Positions 12,076 to 25,413 of a stretch of 64,000 nt of DNA are shown in pieces. The notes beneath the pieces were generated by a model, which saw only the letters and a list, made by a program, of their open reading frames with translations, had not been told where the DNA came from and ran no database searches. The stretch is from Squalus acanthias (Eukaryota): NCBI GenBank assembly GCA_030390025.1, contig CM059427.1:132494001-132558000 (forward strand), read 5' to 3'. The number at the start of each line of letters is the position of its first letter. Position 1 is the stretch's first letter. Made by a program: the position numbers and the translations under genes.

Positions 12076-12940
12076 AATCGCTCCCCCGCCCTCTGTTTCC
12101 CCTCCGGGAATCGCTCCCCTGCCCTCGGTTTCCCTTCTCCTAATTGCTCCCCCGCCCTCCGCGAATCGTTTCCCCGCCCTCTGTTTCCCCTCTGCGAATC
12201 GCTCCCCCGCCCTCCGTTTCCCCTCTGCGAATCGCTCCCCCGCCCTCTGCCAATCGCTCCTCTGCCATCGGTTTCCCCTCTGGGAATCGCTCCCCTGCCC
12301 TCGGTTTCCCCTCTGCGAATCGCTCCCCTGCCCTCGGTTTCCCCTCTGCGAATCGTTCCCCCACCCTCTGCGAATCGCTCCCCTGCCCTCGGTTTCCCCT
12401 CTGCGAATCGTTCCCCCACCCTCTGCGAATCGCTCCTCTGCCCTCGGTTTCCCCTCTGCGAATCGCTCCTCTGCCCTCGGTTTCCCCTCTGCGAATCGCT
12501 CCTCTGCCCTCGGTTTCCCCTCTGCGAATCGCTCCTCTGCCCTCGGTTTCCCCTCTGGGAATCGCTCCCCCGCCCTCGGTTTCCCCTCTGCGAATCGCTC
12601 CCCCGCCCTCAGTTTCCCCTCTGCGAATCGCTCCCCCGCCTTCGGTTTCCCCTCTGGGAATCGCTCCTCTGCCCTCGGTTTCCCCTCTGGGAATCGCTCC
12701 CCCGCCCTCGGTTTCCCCTCTGCGAATCGCTCCCCCGCCCTCGGTTTCCCCTCTGCGAATCGCTCCCCCGCCCTCGGTTTCCCCTCTGGGAATCGCTCCT
12801 CTGCCCTCGGTTTCCCGTCTGCAAATCGCTCCCCCACCCTCTGCGAATCGCTCCCCTGCCCTCGGTTTCCCGTCTGCGAATCGCTCCCCCGCCCTCTGTT
12901 TCCCCTTTCCTAATCGTTGCCCCGCCCTCGGTTTCCCCTC
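12075..12940. repeat. 33-bp GC-rich minisatellite (with 18-bp variant units), continuing 9981-10135
   Basis: Unit gcgaatcgctcc(c/t)c(c/t)gccctcggtttcccctct; 11-aa periodicity in the overlapping ORFs. Confidence 0.98.
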
Positions 12941-14298
12941 TTCTCTGGTGTCTGTTGTCCCTCTTGGAACTTCTCTGACAACAACTGCTGGCGGGAAACC
13001 ACCAGCAAAAATACTCATCTACAGGGGACCCAACCTTTATAAGGTAAATGCAATAACATTCCTAGATGTCACATGGTCAGAATGTCACGTGATCAAACCT
13101 CCAGGACTGCCTCCAACCAGTGTTGGCAACCCTAAATGCAGCAGGTTAAAGAAATTATCAAAGTATCTCCAATTTTCCAGAAATCGTAACAAATCAACCT
13201 GAGCCTCTATATACTGGTAAACAACCGTACGGTAAACTGATGAAAAGAAACACTGGCTCACAGCACTGCCCAATTTAGTTTCATTTTTGGCCACCACAGA
13301 TGGAGCGTATATCATTTTGCTATAGTCGGCTTTTTGTGCTTGCTACCATTAGATAGAATCTTTTGACATCCCACACCTTTGTCACTGCTAAATCTTCAGC
13401 TTATGATCGATTCTCTTGTTTTTCTGGCAACTGGCAAGCATTTTATTGTTATTTATTCTCATGGCGGGCTTCGCATACCCGTAGCTGCGGGGAGCTCCGA
13501 TACACTGTGGGCGGGGACTCGGCCTGCCGATAAACGTTGCCGTCTTCCCAACACGAAGGATGGAGACACTCAAAGAATCCGAGCAAACGGAAAGAGTAGA
13601 GAGAATACCAATCAGTAAAACTAGACGGGGACATTAAAATCTTGGAAAGATTAGTGAGACATTGAAACAGAATAAACAAGGTTTACTACAACATTTACAA
13701 AATCTAATGAACATTCAAAGGAAAAGGAAAGGGGAAAACATGATAATTTTGTACATTAGACATTCTAGTGATATTAAATATTCTAGTGAAGCTGTATGTT
13801 AAATGTAAATTAACATTGATATCGTCAGTTTGAATATAAAACATGAACGTTTTGGTGTAGGAGGTTACTTAAGAATGTTTTATGATAGTAATTATTAATA
13901 GTTGATCTTTAAACGTTCTGGCGAAGACTCTCTCCCCCAGACTAACCTTGCGAGCTCTGATGATACTTCAAAGATATGGGAAATAATTAAAAATCATTCT
14001 TGAACATGCAGGGGTCTTTGGTGTCATCAATTTTGGCTTAATCTCCATAATTGACACACGTGTCTGCTGTGGATATGGCTAGGTTCCTCTAAGGTCAATC
14101 AACTATATGATAAAAGCACACTTATATCGTTAGTTATTGATTTCAACCAAAAGCTGAATCTTTTACACAGCCAATAACAAGTACATGTAGTACATGCAGC
14201 ACAGTCAAAGATAAAATTATACCTACTATGGCTGCTGCTGGTTTCACAAGGGTCACGCTGGCTGAAGCAGATCCATAATAATATTCTTACAAGACTTT

Positions 14299-14927
14299 GG
14301 ATTGATTTTAACTTTTTTCACCTGCCTCAAAACTTGGGTCGGCAGTGTTACCACCCAATTAACCCGGACGATGCTGCTTGGGCAATTTTGAAAGGAGCGT
14401 ACCGCCCGGCGCCCAAAGTGCCTGCCAGTTTCAGGTGGTACGCCCATTTCAATATGAAAATCGGGGTCCTAAGACCCCCAATTACCATTCTAGATTGGAA
14501 ATAGTCAGAGCTTGCTCTGTGCAGGCTCGGATCATTTCCATGGGCGATAGAGCTAAAAAGGCCCAGCCTGGATAAATTTAATTTAATGCGGCCTGGAGAG
14601 GCAGCGTTGCTCCTCCAGGCCCCACAAATATAGTCTGGGCCGCCGCCAACCGGGACCCCCTCCGTGATCGCAAACCCCCTATACCTACCTTTATGGTGGT
14701 CAAGGAAGTCAGATATTGGCCAGCCTTAATCCATCAAGCTGCAAGCAAACGGCCCTTTGGCGTCCCACAGCTCTCTGCCCCAATGTAAGTGAGGCCGGTG
14801 CATCAAAATCGTGGCCACCTTTTTGCTGCGATTGAATCAATGGAAAAGAAAATTGGGCAGGGTGTAAAACAGGCTGTTGATCCGCTATCACCCATTTTGC
14901 GCTAACGCCAAAGACCAATTCCGCCCA
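14299..14927. mobile_element. Putative non-autonomous DNA transposon (GC-rich, PIF/Harbinger-like ends)
   Basis: Abrupt GC/CpG-rich block with loosely complementary ends (ggattgatttt ... ccaattccgccc). Family assignment is tentative. Confidence 0.35.
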
Positions 14928-15011
14928 AGCACCAAGCTCTTTCCCGATGAGAATCTCGTTGGGAACCAGGCAGTATTAAACAAAGTACTGTCCAGCTGGA
15001 ACTGATTCTAT

Positions 15012-15330
15012 GGCCCAGATTTTGTGGTGGGTATGACGGCGTACTCCGAGAGTACGCTGTCATACTGCCTTTCACCGCAAGTTCGGGATTTCTGCATGCG
15101 CTAAATCCCGAACTTGCGATCTGTCGAGGTATGCCTTGACATCATCAGGGACCGATGGAGAAATCACAATTGCTGGCGCAGAGTTGGGCTATTTGCCCAC
15201 CAACTGCCTAGCAATTACGTCCGAAAATTTTACAGTTAGTGAAAACAGGCGCAGGAGCCTGTTTCACGTCTTAAAGAAGATCTGTGTACGTTTTGGTGGA
15301 GGAAACTTTTTTTTGTCGGTCGATTAAGGT
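15012..15330. mobile_element. Fragment of a GGCCC-ended MITE related to 46932-47231
   Basis: Starts ggcccagattttg. Internal palindrome cgcaagttcgggattt...aaatcccgaacttgcg; a gcatgcgc...aaatcc.gaa.ttg segment is shared with 46955-46995. Confidence 0.45.
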
Positions 15331-16826
15331 TCAAGTGGCTGTGCCTTTCAATTTAAAGCATACATGGTGTGACACGGTACAGCACTGACACCGAGTCTTC
15401 AAAACCAGGAAAAATGTCAAACTAGAATAAAAAGGTTTCAAGTTTTCTAGCTTGACATTCAATATAAATTGGTGCTTTTTATATGTGCATGTGAGAGAGA
15501 AGTACACAAGCACACAAGTAAATATTTAAATAGCCTGGATAAAAACATCTCCTAAAGTCAAAACACACTTCTCGCAGCACAGTGTGTTCTCTCAGAATAT
15601 TTGACTTTGCACAGACGTTTAAGCAGAAATCAATTCAAGATTTCAAGATAACTTTTAGTTTTGTTTCAACAGTGTGTAGCGAGGGGATGTTATCTCTCAT
15701 GTACTTTAGTTTTATATATTAAACGGAGAGCACACGACCAAATCATACAATCTAACAGTAAAGACTTTTAAAGTTATTTTTGCAAGTTTCATGTGAACAC
15801 ACTATTTAGCATACTCTATTTTACTTTCAGTTAAATTCTGAAAATTAAATCGACTGCTTATGAAAAAATATCCTTTAGAAACACAAAAAGCCAGACAGAT
15901 AGACAGATAAAAAATATTCATTTTAATTACTGGGGAAGTTGAATAATAAAGTTAAATAAAGTGAACATCCATTAGATTTCAGTGACCAATTCTCTCCTTT
16001 CAACTTAAAAATGAACATAACAAACAATATAAAGCATCTATAACAAGGAAAATAGATTTATCTATTACCAGTCTACATGAGGTCTGAATAATATATTTTA
16101 ATCCTGAAAATTAACATAGAATATATGGCTGGGAATTTCTTTCTGAAGTTCAACATTACTTGTAGGAGATATAAAACATTGTTAGACCATTACTGAGTAT
16201 CAAAACAGGAAGCTGTATACATAGGGACTAATAAATTGCGAGTTTGGATGAAAAAAATAAAACAAAATGCTGATATATGAAATAAGTCCAAGTACCAGTT
16301 TAATTAAAAGTTTTTTAAAAAGTTTAAAAAATGTAATTTCAATGGAAGAGACTGAGAGAAGTTTCTGTGGGCATGTCTTCCCTTATGCACAGGCTGTACG
16401 CTGTGCTCCCGGCCTTCGTGATGTCATACAACTCTGCAGCGCCGAAGAGGAAGTCTCTGTTCTGGGCCGCGCACAAGATAAGTACGTATTCTTTTCGTAG
16501 GTTGCAATTGCTGACTGCAATTTTTGGGCCTATATCTACTGGTCTCAGACTGGCAGCTACAGAAAAATGCATCCCAAGAGAACCCAATTTAGTGAACAAA
16601 CAACTTAGACAATCTAATAGAAACCTGTCTGATGCAAGCAAAGGTGTTTTCTTGTTTTGTATTCTGAATGCAGTTTCTTTCTCTTTTTAATTGTGTGTGA
16701 AATATATGTAAATGCACATTTCTTTTGGGGAGGAAGATGAGGAGCCTGGAGACCCTTGTAGAAAGTTGGTTGCTTAGGCAGATTTTCCAGTCGTCACCCA
16801 GTTAGAAATACCATTCCTTAATATGC

Positions 16827-17170
16827 CAGCGCAATTTACACTTCATCTAGAGCCATCCTCTGTTTCTTAACCTGTCCCATTACCATCTCCTTTTGCCTTG
16901 GATATCTCTTAATGTCTCTTAACCTCTCCTACCTTCTATCCTATCACAGACCTTCCCTTTTGTTCTTTCATCCCCTCCCCCCTTTCCCAGCTCCTACACT
17001 TGCTTAAAAATCTGTTCCATTTCCTGCTTTTTTCCAGTCTGACGAAAGGTCATCGACCTGAAACGTTAACTCTGTTTCTCTCTTCACAGATGCTGCCTGA
17101 CCTGCTGAGTATCTCCAGCATTTTCTGTTTTTATTTCAGATTTCCAGCATCTGCAGTATTTTCTTTTTGT
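16827..17170 (+). mobile_element. Penelope-like element terminal (pseudo-LTR) fragment with a hammerhead core
   Basis: 14-bp TSD attccttaatatgc (16813-26 / 17171-84). Body shared with copies at 26.9, 31.1, 31.6, 32.9 and 34.8 kb. Confidence 0.8.
17036..17071 (+). ncRNA. Minimal type I hammerhead ribozyme motif
   Basis: CUGACGA (17039-45), helix II AGGUC-auc-GACCU (17047-59), then GAAACGUU with a palindromic ACGU helix III. Helix I is only ~3 bp. Confidence 0.65.
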
Positions 17171-17809
17171 ATTCCTTAATATGCGTTTATTTAAACCTTT
17201 TTAACGGATGAGACAATCAGCAACACGGCTACTCAGAATCCTCTTATGTATAACCCTTCTATTTCTGTTACCCCTTTTACTTCCTTAATTTTTTTGCTTC
17301 ACTTTGCATTTGTATTCCTTTTTGTATTGTAGCATTTCATCCTTCGTGCTTCTTCACCTAGCCCAGGCCATATAATGTATAACTAGTTACTCTATATTTT
17401 CAGTCACTATTGATTTCAATAAGTGCCTTTGGGTGAATAGACAGGCAGACAATTAGGCGAATGGGGTGTTATTTGCCATTGATTTGCGCTGCAGAGGATT
17501 GTTGTAATAGTTACACCTTACTATAAGTTTACAAGTTATTGTATTGTTGCAACATTCTTACTAATGGGACAGATGTAATAGAAGAACCGATTTTTGTCTG
17601 AACTGAAAGTTACAAAAACATCAACTGCGTATTAACAGCAGCCTATTTTTGGATCAACAGGGTTAAAAAGCAAGTACAATTAAACCAGAATAAAAATGGA
17701 GACTCCACAGAATTAAAATGATGCAAATGGTTGAATACCAAAAGAGAAGTTTAAAATATTTTTTTTAAAAACACGCTTTTCTTTCCCAACTGCTGATGGA
17801 CTGTTGATC

Positions 17810-18200
17810 TGAAGCTCTGCGTGTTCCAGCCTCTGGTAGCCTCAGAGCCGAGTTGCTCTTCACAAGCTGCTGCTGCAGGGATCCCCGGGCCGAGGGCAGC
17901 CCCGGCCGCCAGTGTGACGAGGCTCCGCTCCTGGCGTGCGCGCTCCCTGCCACTGCTGCACCGCACCGCCGAGTGAAGAACAACAAATACCCACAAGATG
18001 GAGTCTAGCGAGGAACAGAGATTCAAAATGGACAGAAAATACATGGCACAAAAGTTGATCATGTGCATTCAGCGAGTCTGTGATTGCAGCTCAGCGGAGG
18101 GCTGGTTCCATCGTCACATTATCGGATATTCAGTTGTGAGGAGAACTCGCGCTCAGCACAGATCACCCACAACATCGCTCCCCGCGGGAGAGGACACTTT
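17810..18200. promoter_or_regulatory. CpG-island-like segment, candidate promoter or first exon
   Basis: Non-repetitive and GC/CpG-rich (ccccgggccgagggcagccccggccgcc, ggcgtgcgcgct) within AT-rich flanks. Confidence 0.55.
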
Positions 18201-18913
18201 TTGTGTACATTGATTTCACTCATAATTGGCGTGATTTTTTTTAAGTTCCGATACAGCAACCATCCACATTCCAGTCTCACTGCATGTGGTCAACGTTAAA
18301 AGGGGAAGAACGATTTATGTTTACAGCATTAACGTGCTGAAAGGTTTCCATAACCCCGTTAATATCGGATTTGTCTTCCAAACAACATTTTAAGCTACCT
18401 ACACTATATTGCGCATTTTTGTAAATCACTACATCAGTCTGCACAAAACCTAACTATGTTTACGTTTGTTCCCGTGATGCAGTAGAGCAGCATCTATATG
18501 CCAGAGAGGTTTTCAGACCGATTTTTAAAATCCTAACTCTGGGCTAATGTTCATTTTGGAGCAACACCATTATGTCGCTGCCGGGGAAGGAACCTCTGGG
18601 TTGCCGCTGCTTAAAAAAGAATATCTCCACATCATAAAAAAGAATCGTCATCTAGCAAATTATTTGTAGGACATTCAGCGTTGTTCAATTGCATATACGA
18701 CAATGACAGTATGGATTTGATGGGAAACAAAAAATGCATTGTGTGTGGTAGGTTTGTAATAAATGTGACCATCAGCTAATAAAAAAAGACATATTTGTAA
18801 AAGGATCAAAAATAAAAATTGGAAAACTGATTGCATAAATATATTTTAATTCTTGCAAAATAGTACGAGTGCAATGTAAATAAGAGTATGCAGTGGTGAT
18901 GGTCCTACATGGC

Positions 18914-20100
18914 TAGAGTTGCCAACACCGGCTGGAAGCATTCCTGGAGGGTTGATCACGTGACATTGCGACTACATGACATTGGATCACGTGACATCTG
19001 CAAACGTTACTGCATTTACCTGATAAAGGTTGGGTCCCCTGTAGTTGAGTATCTTTGCTCCTGCTTTCGCGTCAGCAACTGTTATGCGAGAAGTTCCAAG
19101 AACCAGGCCACCGGTGGAAATGAGGGGAAACCAAAGGTGGGAAGAACTGATTCCACCAATAACCAATAGTACTTCACTGAAATTGCACTGATAAGTAACA
19201 GTAATAATGGTAACACTCAGATTCCCTGAACTTGAACTTCACATGTCAAAACCAGCCACACAAACTGACCTAAACCAAACCGAGAGATCGCATAAAGGGC
19301 AGTGGGCTCGGTGTTTGGAGCACTTTTCACAGGGCACATCGTCCTAAACTCAACACCAACATTTCTAAATCATTCCTTGGGCTCGGACTCAATAAAGCAG
19401 AATTTTCATAGAATGATAGAAATTACAGCAGAGGGAGGCCATTTGGCCCCTGGTACATGTGCTGGTGCTCTTTCCTGTAACTCCATTCCCCAAGATCACC
19501 TTGTATTCATCCTTTTCAAATACTTAGCACATTCCATTATAAATGATGTTCTAGTCTCTACCTCAATAGCCACTTGTGGTATAATAACCTTCAGTTCCAA
19601 AACCTTCCTTTTCCCTCCTTGGTTCTTCCAGTGAGAATCCCATGTCTCTGGCTACTTGTTCCCCATTCACTCACAGTAAAGTCCCCAGGTTTCACTCACC
19701 CCTTTACTGGCTGCTCCTCTCTTGGCACTGCTTCCATTCACCACGTTGCTGTTGCTGCTGCTGTTTCCCACTCGTCAGTAACTACTGGTCCCCACGCCCA
19801 CCCCATTCTCCAGTCTTCCTCTCCTCCCGAGCCCCCATTCCGCACTCTCCTTTCCCCTGGCCCCCATTCCGCATTCTTCCTCTCTCTAATCCCTGCCAAT
19901 CGGGAGTCTTTCACTCCCCTCCCCAATCCGACTCCAGATTGTTTCTGGCTCTGCAGCTGGGGGATGACATCACCGTGCCAGAGGTTTCTCTGCGGAGGCA
20001 GTCAGTGACGTCACGGAATGGGGGTCCGCTGCTGCGGCCAGAAATTTAATGCACGAATTACAGGATACTCCTGGGCAATCCGTGAGCATTGGCAACCCTA
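18914..20100 (+). mobile_element. Non-autonomous hAT-type DNA transposon (copy 2, 1187 bp)
   Basis: TIRs TAGAGTTGCCAA / TTGGCAACCCTA; 8-bp TSD tacatggc / tacacgac (6/8); homologous to copy 1. Confidence 0.88.
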
Positions 20101-20932
20101 TACACGACTCGAGGAATGTGTTCGGCAATTTTTATTTCAAGCCAATCCTAAGTAACTTGGATGTACAGCATCTTCAAACAATCCAAAGAATACAAAGAGA
20201 GTTTCCACACATGAATAACAACTTAATTTGTTATGCTTTTGAGTCAAGGATACTTGTTTTTAAGAAAATGTATTTTTCAAGTCAAGACAATCCATACATG
20301 AAGTAAAGGGTTATGCCTTTTAATAGTTGGCAGCCAATCTTGAGATTCATTTTTGGGCTGTGCTGTAAAAGCCCAACTACTGTCCTTTATTTTACCTGGA
20401 TATCTTGGAGACATCTGGTGTATATCCTTACAATATACTGACAGAAACATTATAGAGGTTGCTACTGGAACATGCACACATGCATCCATTTTTTTCTCCT
20501 TACTGCACACTTGCATCATTAACCATACACAAGGTATTTCTTACATTTACAATGTTGGGCATCCTTGGTAGTAAATCTAGCATTAGATGTTGCATCTAGA
20601 TTTAGGCCATTAGATTTGGGGAAAAAAAGGGAAAAAGGCATTTTTTGGCTGGAGATGGCTCCTACAGATTGATTGAAGATGTGACTTGTTTTTGGAGCAT
20701 GAATGAGGCTGAACTAGTTGTGAAGTACTTGACAATGGGGGCCAAGCTTGCACTACTTTTTGGTATGATTTCCAATAGTTAGCACATTTTACTAAAATAT
20801 ATGTAGAACTTAACTTTCATTTAAAAAAAAAAGTAGGCCCTGACAAATAACTTTCAGGAATACCTTTTTCAAACTAGTGACACGCAATGGTCCCACTCAA
20901 GCATATTGACAGTATCTCTGATGAATCCTAGA

Positions 20933-22100
20933 GGAACATAGGAACAGGAGTAGGCCATTCAGTCCCTCAAGCCTGTTCCACCATTCTATTCGATCACAGT
21001 TGATCATAACTCAACTCCATTTACCAGTCTTTTTTTTTTCCATATCCCTTGATACCCTTACCTAATAAAAATCTATCGATCTCAGTCTTGAAGATTTCTG
21101 TTGACCCAGCACCCACAGCCTTTTAGGGGAGAGAATTTCACATTTCCACTAACCTTTGTGTGGAAAAAGTTCTTCCTAATTTTACTTCTCAATCGTCTAG
21201 CTCTAATTCCAAGATTGTACCCCACCGTTCTGGATTCCCCCACCAGAGGAAATAGCTTCACTGTATTACTCTCTCGTTAGATTCTAAACTCAGGGGAATA
21301 CAACCCAAGTTTATGCAACATGTCCTCATAATTTAATCCTTTAAACCCTGGTAGCATTCTGGTGTATCTGTGCTGTACTCCCTCCAAGACCGATACATTC
21401 TTGCTGAGATGTGGTGCCCAAAACTGAATGCAGTACTCCAGATGGAGTCCGACAAAGGCTCTGTTGTACAACTGAAGCATAACTTTGTCCCCTTTGTGTT
21501 TCAACCTCCTTGAGAGAAAGGCCAACATTCTATTAGCCTTTTTAATTACTTTTTGTACCCATGCACTAGTGTTTAGTCATTTGTGTACCTGAACACCCAA
21601 ACCCCTTTGCTCCTCCATCGTTGCGAGACTCTCACCATTAAAAAAATATCCCCTTAATTACAGAATCCCATTTCTTTTCTGCTGTTTCCCCGCTTGGACT
21701 GCCTCCTGCTCCACAGTGCACTGGTTAGCATCCTGGCCATCCTCCCCACAGCTTTTTTCCTTATTACTACAGGTAGCAAGTACATCATACGTGTTGGACA
21801 GGACAAATGTCTGCAGTTCCTCCTTCTGTGTCTCCACTAGGTTCTTCTTACCCTGCTGACTGTCAGTCACACACTTCTCTTCCCGTATCTATGTGGTGTT
21901 ACTGTTCTGGAGTAAACTATCCAGATATTACTCCTCCTCCATTATGTGTCGGCGTGTCTCTAAATCATGCTCCAGCTCAATGCCTCGGAGCCGGAGTAAC
22001 TCAAGATAGAAATTTCCCACGTGTTAGCAGAGACAGTCTCACTGTCCATAAATTCCCACATTCTGCAGTCCTGACACGCTGCCATTATCTACTCTATATT
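20933..22100 (-). mobile_element. CR1 LINE: ORF2 3' end joined to an ORF1-like fragment
   Basis: LHLEYCIQFWAP...LEGVQHRYTR and a CR1 3' tail at 20933. 21658-21870 (LSNTYDVL...QEAVQAG) resembles the CR1 ORF1 segment preceding the esterase domain. Confidence 0.8.
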
Positions 22101-22976
22101 TATTTGTTTATTTTATAGCCTTTATTTATCTCTATTTTCTGATTCGCCTTCAATACTAAATTATGATCAGATGGATTTACTTGGTTTCTTTTAGTTATTA
22201 TACTTCTCAGTTTAGTATATTAGCCTTTTACGTCTATTTACTTAAAGCTGATAGTATTGTTTTGGCTTTGCCTCTTGTGTATTAATTTAAAAAAAATTAG
22301 TAGTCCCATAATCTACTATATAGTTAAATATTAAAGCGTGAATAAATAATTGAACACTTAGCTTTTATTCATCGGACTCCACCGCTCCTTCCTCCGCATA
22401 GGCTATGACGTCACTTTTCAGATACATCCCGTGTTTGTTTCAGTGCTGTCACCATTCCGATAGGCTGTGCTCTTTTTAAATACATTTACCAGGAATTTCC
22501 TGTGATGCTCCGCTCGATCACTCATTTGTTGAGCTTCGTAGTTATTGTGCCATGGACGAAGTGGTGCTAATGGGTTTATCACTGTATTGGTAGTAACAAT
22601 TGCTTCCTGCTTGCTCCAAGATGGTGTATGGTCAGATGATAAGACCTTGACAGCTATGATAGCAACTGTCTGCACTGAAAATGATACTTTTGCTAAGTCA
22701 CAATATATGAAATGAATTTTACGCAGACCTAAATACAAGGTGGAGTCAGCATTGGGTGCTTACACACTAGATACTACCAGTGATAAAGTTGTTTTAATTT
22801 GCATGCTGTGAGCCTATGCATGGTTAGCATGTAAAATATTAAAAAGGAACAGCATACTTTTATAAAACTGTGCTACATGTGTTAAGATCACATACCTTAG
22901 GGCAGCATTCATCTCTCAGTATCAATCCTTCCAATCTGGAGACCGTATGCCTGGTGCTGTCTGGCTTACCCTAAGA

Positions 22977-23785
22977 CATTGTTGTCCAATATAAATTGCT
23001 GACTAGCCACAGGTGTGGCTACACCACCCTTTTAGCAACATGCACTAATTTTACTAGAAAATGCTTTACACTCAATACAGGTAATTGTACTTAATGTGTA
23101 TACTTACTTAACAAATATCTACCACCAATCAGTACGGAACCTTGCAGTCTTTCTCTTTCACCAAAGTTTGGAATTCTGGCATGAATTTATCAGACAAAGT
23201 ACATCTTGGCAAAGCCTCTAGATTTTTGTCCACAGTTGCAGGTGGTACTTTTGACATCACAGGGTGATTACTGAGAATGTTGACTTGCACAACAAGATGT
23301 GCCAGACCCGCCGCTGCTCTCCATCCAGAATGCGGTTGGATGCTGCTTGCCTTTTGCCATGACTTGCCCTGTTGGAGCCGCTTGTTATTGGTTGGGCTTA
23401 CTGGCCTGAGCGGTTGAACTGACCACGATCATAACTCTTCTTTCCAGACAATGTTGCTAGTGTTTCCATGGCGCTGAAGTCTGGCGTTTTCACCCGTGTT
23501 ACACACCATTTTAGCCGATAATTAATAAACAGTAACCAAGGAAGGAAAGCACACACAATGGTCAAAAAACACCCACACACTCTGCTTTTCGTCAAAATAT
23601 CACACCAACAAACACGCAAAAAGGTTAAAGTACGCATGCATATGCCGTGCGAATATGAGTAGAGATGACATTGCTCAATGACTGTCTGTTACTCATATTT
23701 ATTTACTAATCAAAATGCTATTAGCCACATCTGGATTCCCAATTAGCCACATGTGGCATGGGGTTAATGTTTTTGAAAAACATTA
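22977..23785 (-). mobile_element. hAT-Charlie (MER3/Charlie1-like) deletion derivative, copy 1
   Basis: End cattgttgtccaata, subterminal tagccaca.gtgg motifs, TSD ccctaaga / cccggaga. The minus strand carries a transposase C-terminal relic, DKNLEALPRCTLSDKFMPEFQTLVKEKDCKVPY*. Confidence 0.8.
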
Positions 23786-25413
23786 CCCGGAGAGAGTTGG
23801 GATCCGATACCGGGGAAACTGAACCGATCAAGGCCAGGTGTCCTCGAAACACATAGGAGTGTTAAGGATTTTTTCCCTTTGGCTCTGCATGCTTCGCAGG
23901 ACTGGAAAGCTTGCAGGTACCAGAATGCCTTTTGGCACTGACAGAAGATGGGCATTTATTGGCATCTACTGCAGACAGGTGTGGATGGAAAAGTATAAAC
24001 TGAGTTATGCTTGGAAGACAAGCACTGAAGACCCAGCATCATTTTATACAATGTCTAAATTCCATCTATATCTTCAAATCTGCAGAAACCAAAAAAGGGG
24101 CCTTTTGTTGTCAGTAAAACATAGGGTAGCAGTAAAGGTTTTCTTCACTGCAGGAACAGAGAAAAGAACCGATGCATCAGCCCAAGGACATACCTTTAAG
24201 ATGCGGCAAAGAATTATGTGGGTGCTGTCCCAACCTCATCAAGATGGCCACTTATTTATATAGACTGATTAAGTCAAATTCCATTTTTATTACACGTGAT
24301 TCTGGGATTTTTATCCATGTTGTGATTCTCTGTTTATAATTAGAACCATTAATATATAGTGACCGAATGAAAAAGATTCCATTTTTATTACAGGGGATTC
24401 TGGGATCTTTACTAATATTCTGGGGATTGAATTCTGTGATTCTATTTTTCTGTGAAATCAGTGGCCTTGCTCATCAACATCTTAGAGACTACATCCATGG
24501 TGATTCTCTCTACTGACAACTTAGGCATACTTCTATACACAGAGCATATTGAATGATTGATTCATTCTAATGGTGTCCTTTTTGTATCATTGTGAAATTT
24601 AAGTTCATATGCTGTGTGTGTTTTCAATTCTAATTCAGCAAAGTGTAGTCCAACAAAGGAGAGACTGTACCTTTAATTGTCCAAAATTTTATTTGAATTT
24701 AATGAGCTGGAATTAAACAATTCAGTAATAATTATACATCTAAACACAGTATTTTATTTAGTGTTGATTTGATTAGATTTGTATATTTAAAATAATCATT
24801 CCCCTTTTCAATATACAATGCCACAAGATTACAATCAAATCTGCATGATAGACTTATTTTCAGATAATACTCTTCATAAAATATTCCATGCATTTCTTCT
24901 AAGTAAGTTGATTTGGTTCAAAGTAAATTTTGCGTCCATTTTCAGTAATACTGCTATGTACAGTACAAGATGTTTATTAATTTGTGAAACATTGAGACAA
25001 ATCCTATTTTTAATTAAACTTACTTAGCTGCAAGTCAAAAATGTTAAAATATGATTTTTGATCAAATTCTCTTTATTTTGACTGACTTTCTTTTATCTCC
25101 AGTCTATCTCTCCAAGATGCACTGTAGACCTTAGGTCAGGTCAGCACAACTGTAATATCATAACTGCTGCTCCCACAGCCAGTACAGCATTATCTTTCAG
25201 TGCTGTGCTCACATAAATTAGGAAGGTTGGAGTTTTTAAGTTATACACCCTTTTAAAATGTTTGACAATTATATTTGTACATTATTAAAAATCTTGTGCA
25301 TGGTGCCATGCACTTACTGTGTCACAAATTTACATTGTAAAGTGTTATGTAAAAATTTCTAATGGGAATTACAATGTACTTACCTGCAATACTAAATTGT
25401 AGTTATTATGTTA

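Larger units (their letters stand above)
6473..13134 (-). mobile_element. Non-autonomous hAT-type DNA transposon (copy 1), expanded by nested insertions
   Basis: Right TIR gttggcaacccta ends at 13134; the left TIR is degenerate. 8-bp TSD aatgtagc (6465-72) / aatgcagc (13135-42). Segments 6645-6770, 7085-7690, 9889-9995 and 12930-13134 align in reverse to 18914-20100. Strand is given relative to copy 2. Confidence 0.82.

Noticed and set aside
12075-12940. CRISPR-like regular repeats
   Set aside because: Units are contiguous with no unique spacers, there are no cas genes, and the context is eukaryotic.
12055-13202. Several overlapping 260-352 aa ORFs on both strands
   Set aside because: Artefact of a stop-free 33-bp (multiple of 3) minisatellite inside a transposon.
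14222-14330. Minus-strand exon (…RILLWICFSQRDPCETSSSHS) phase-compatible with the 4496-4560 exon
   Set aside because: Weak donor (gtataa), no convincing acceptor or start, the upstream part lies in a repeat, and the peptide is not recognised.
20915-20945. ctgatga followed by a small hairpin, as a further hammerhead
   Set aside because: No GAAA box follows; the sequence runs into a CR1 tail.
24279-24470. Local direct repeats (attccatttttattaca...gattctgggat)
   Set aside because: Real but short; most likely subterminal repeats of a decayed MITE with no definable ends.
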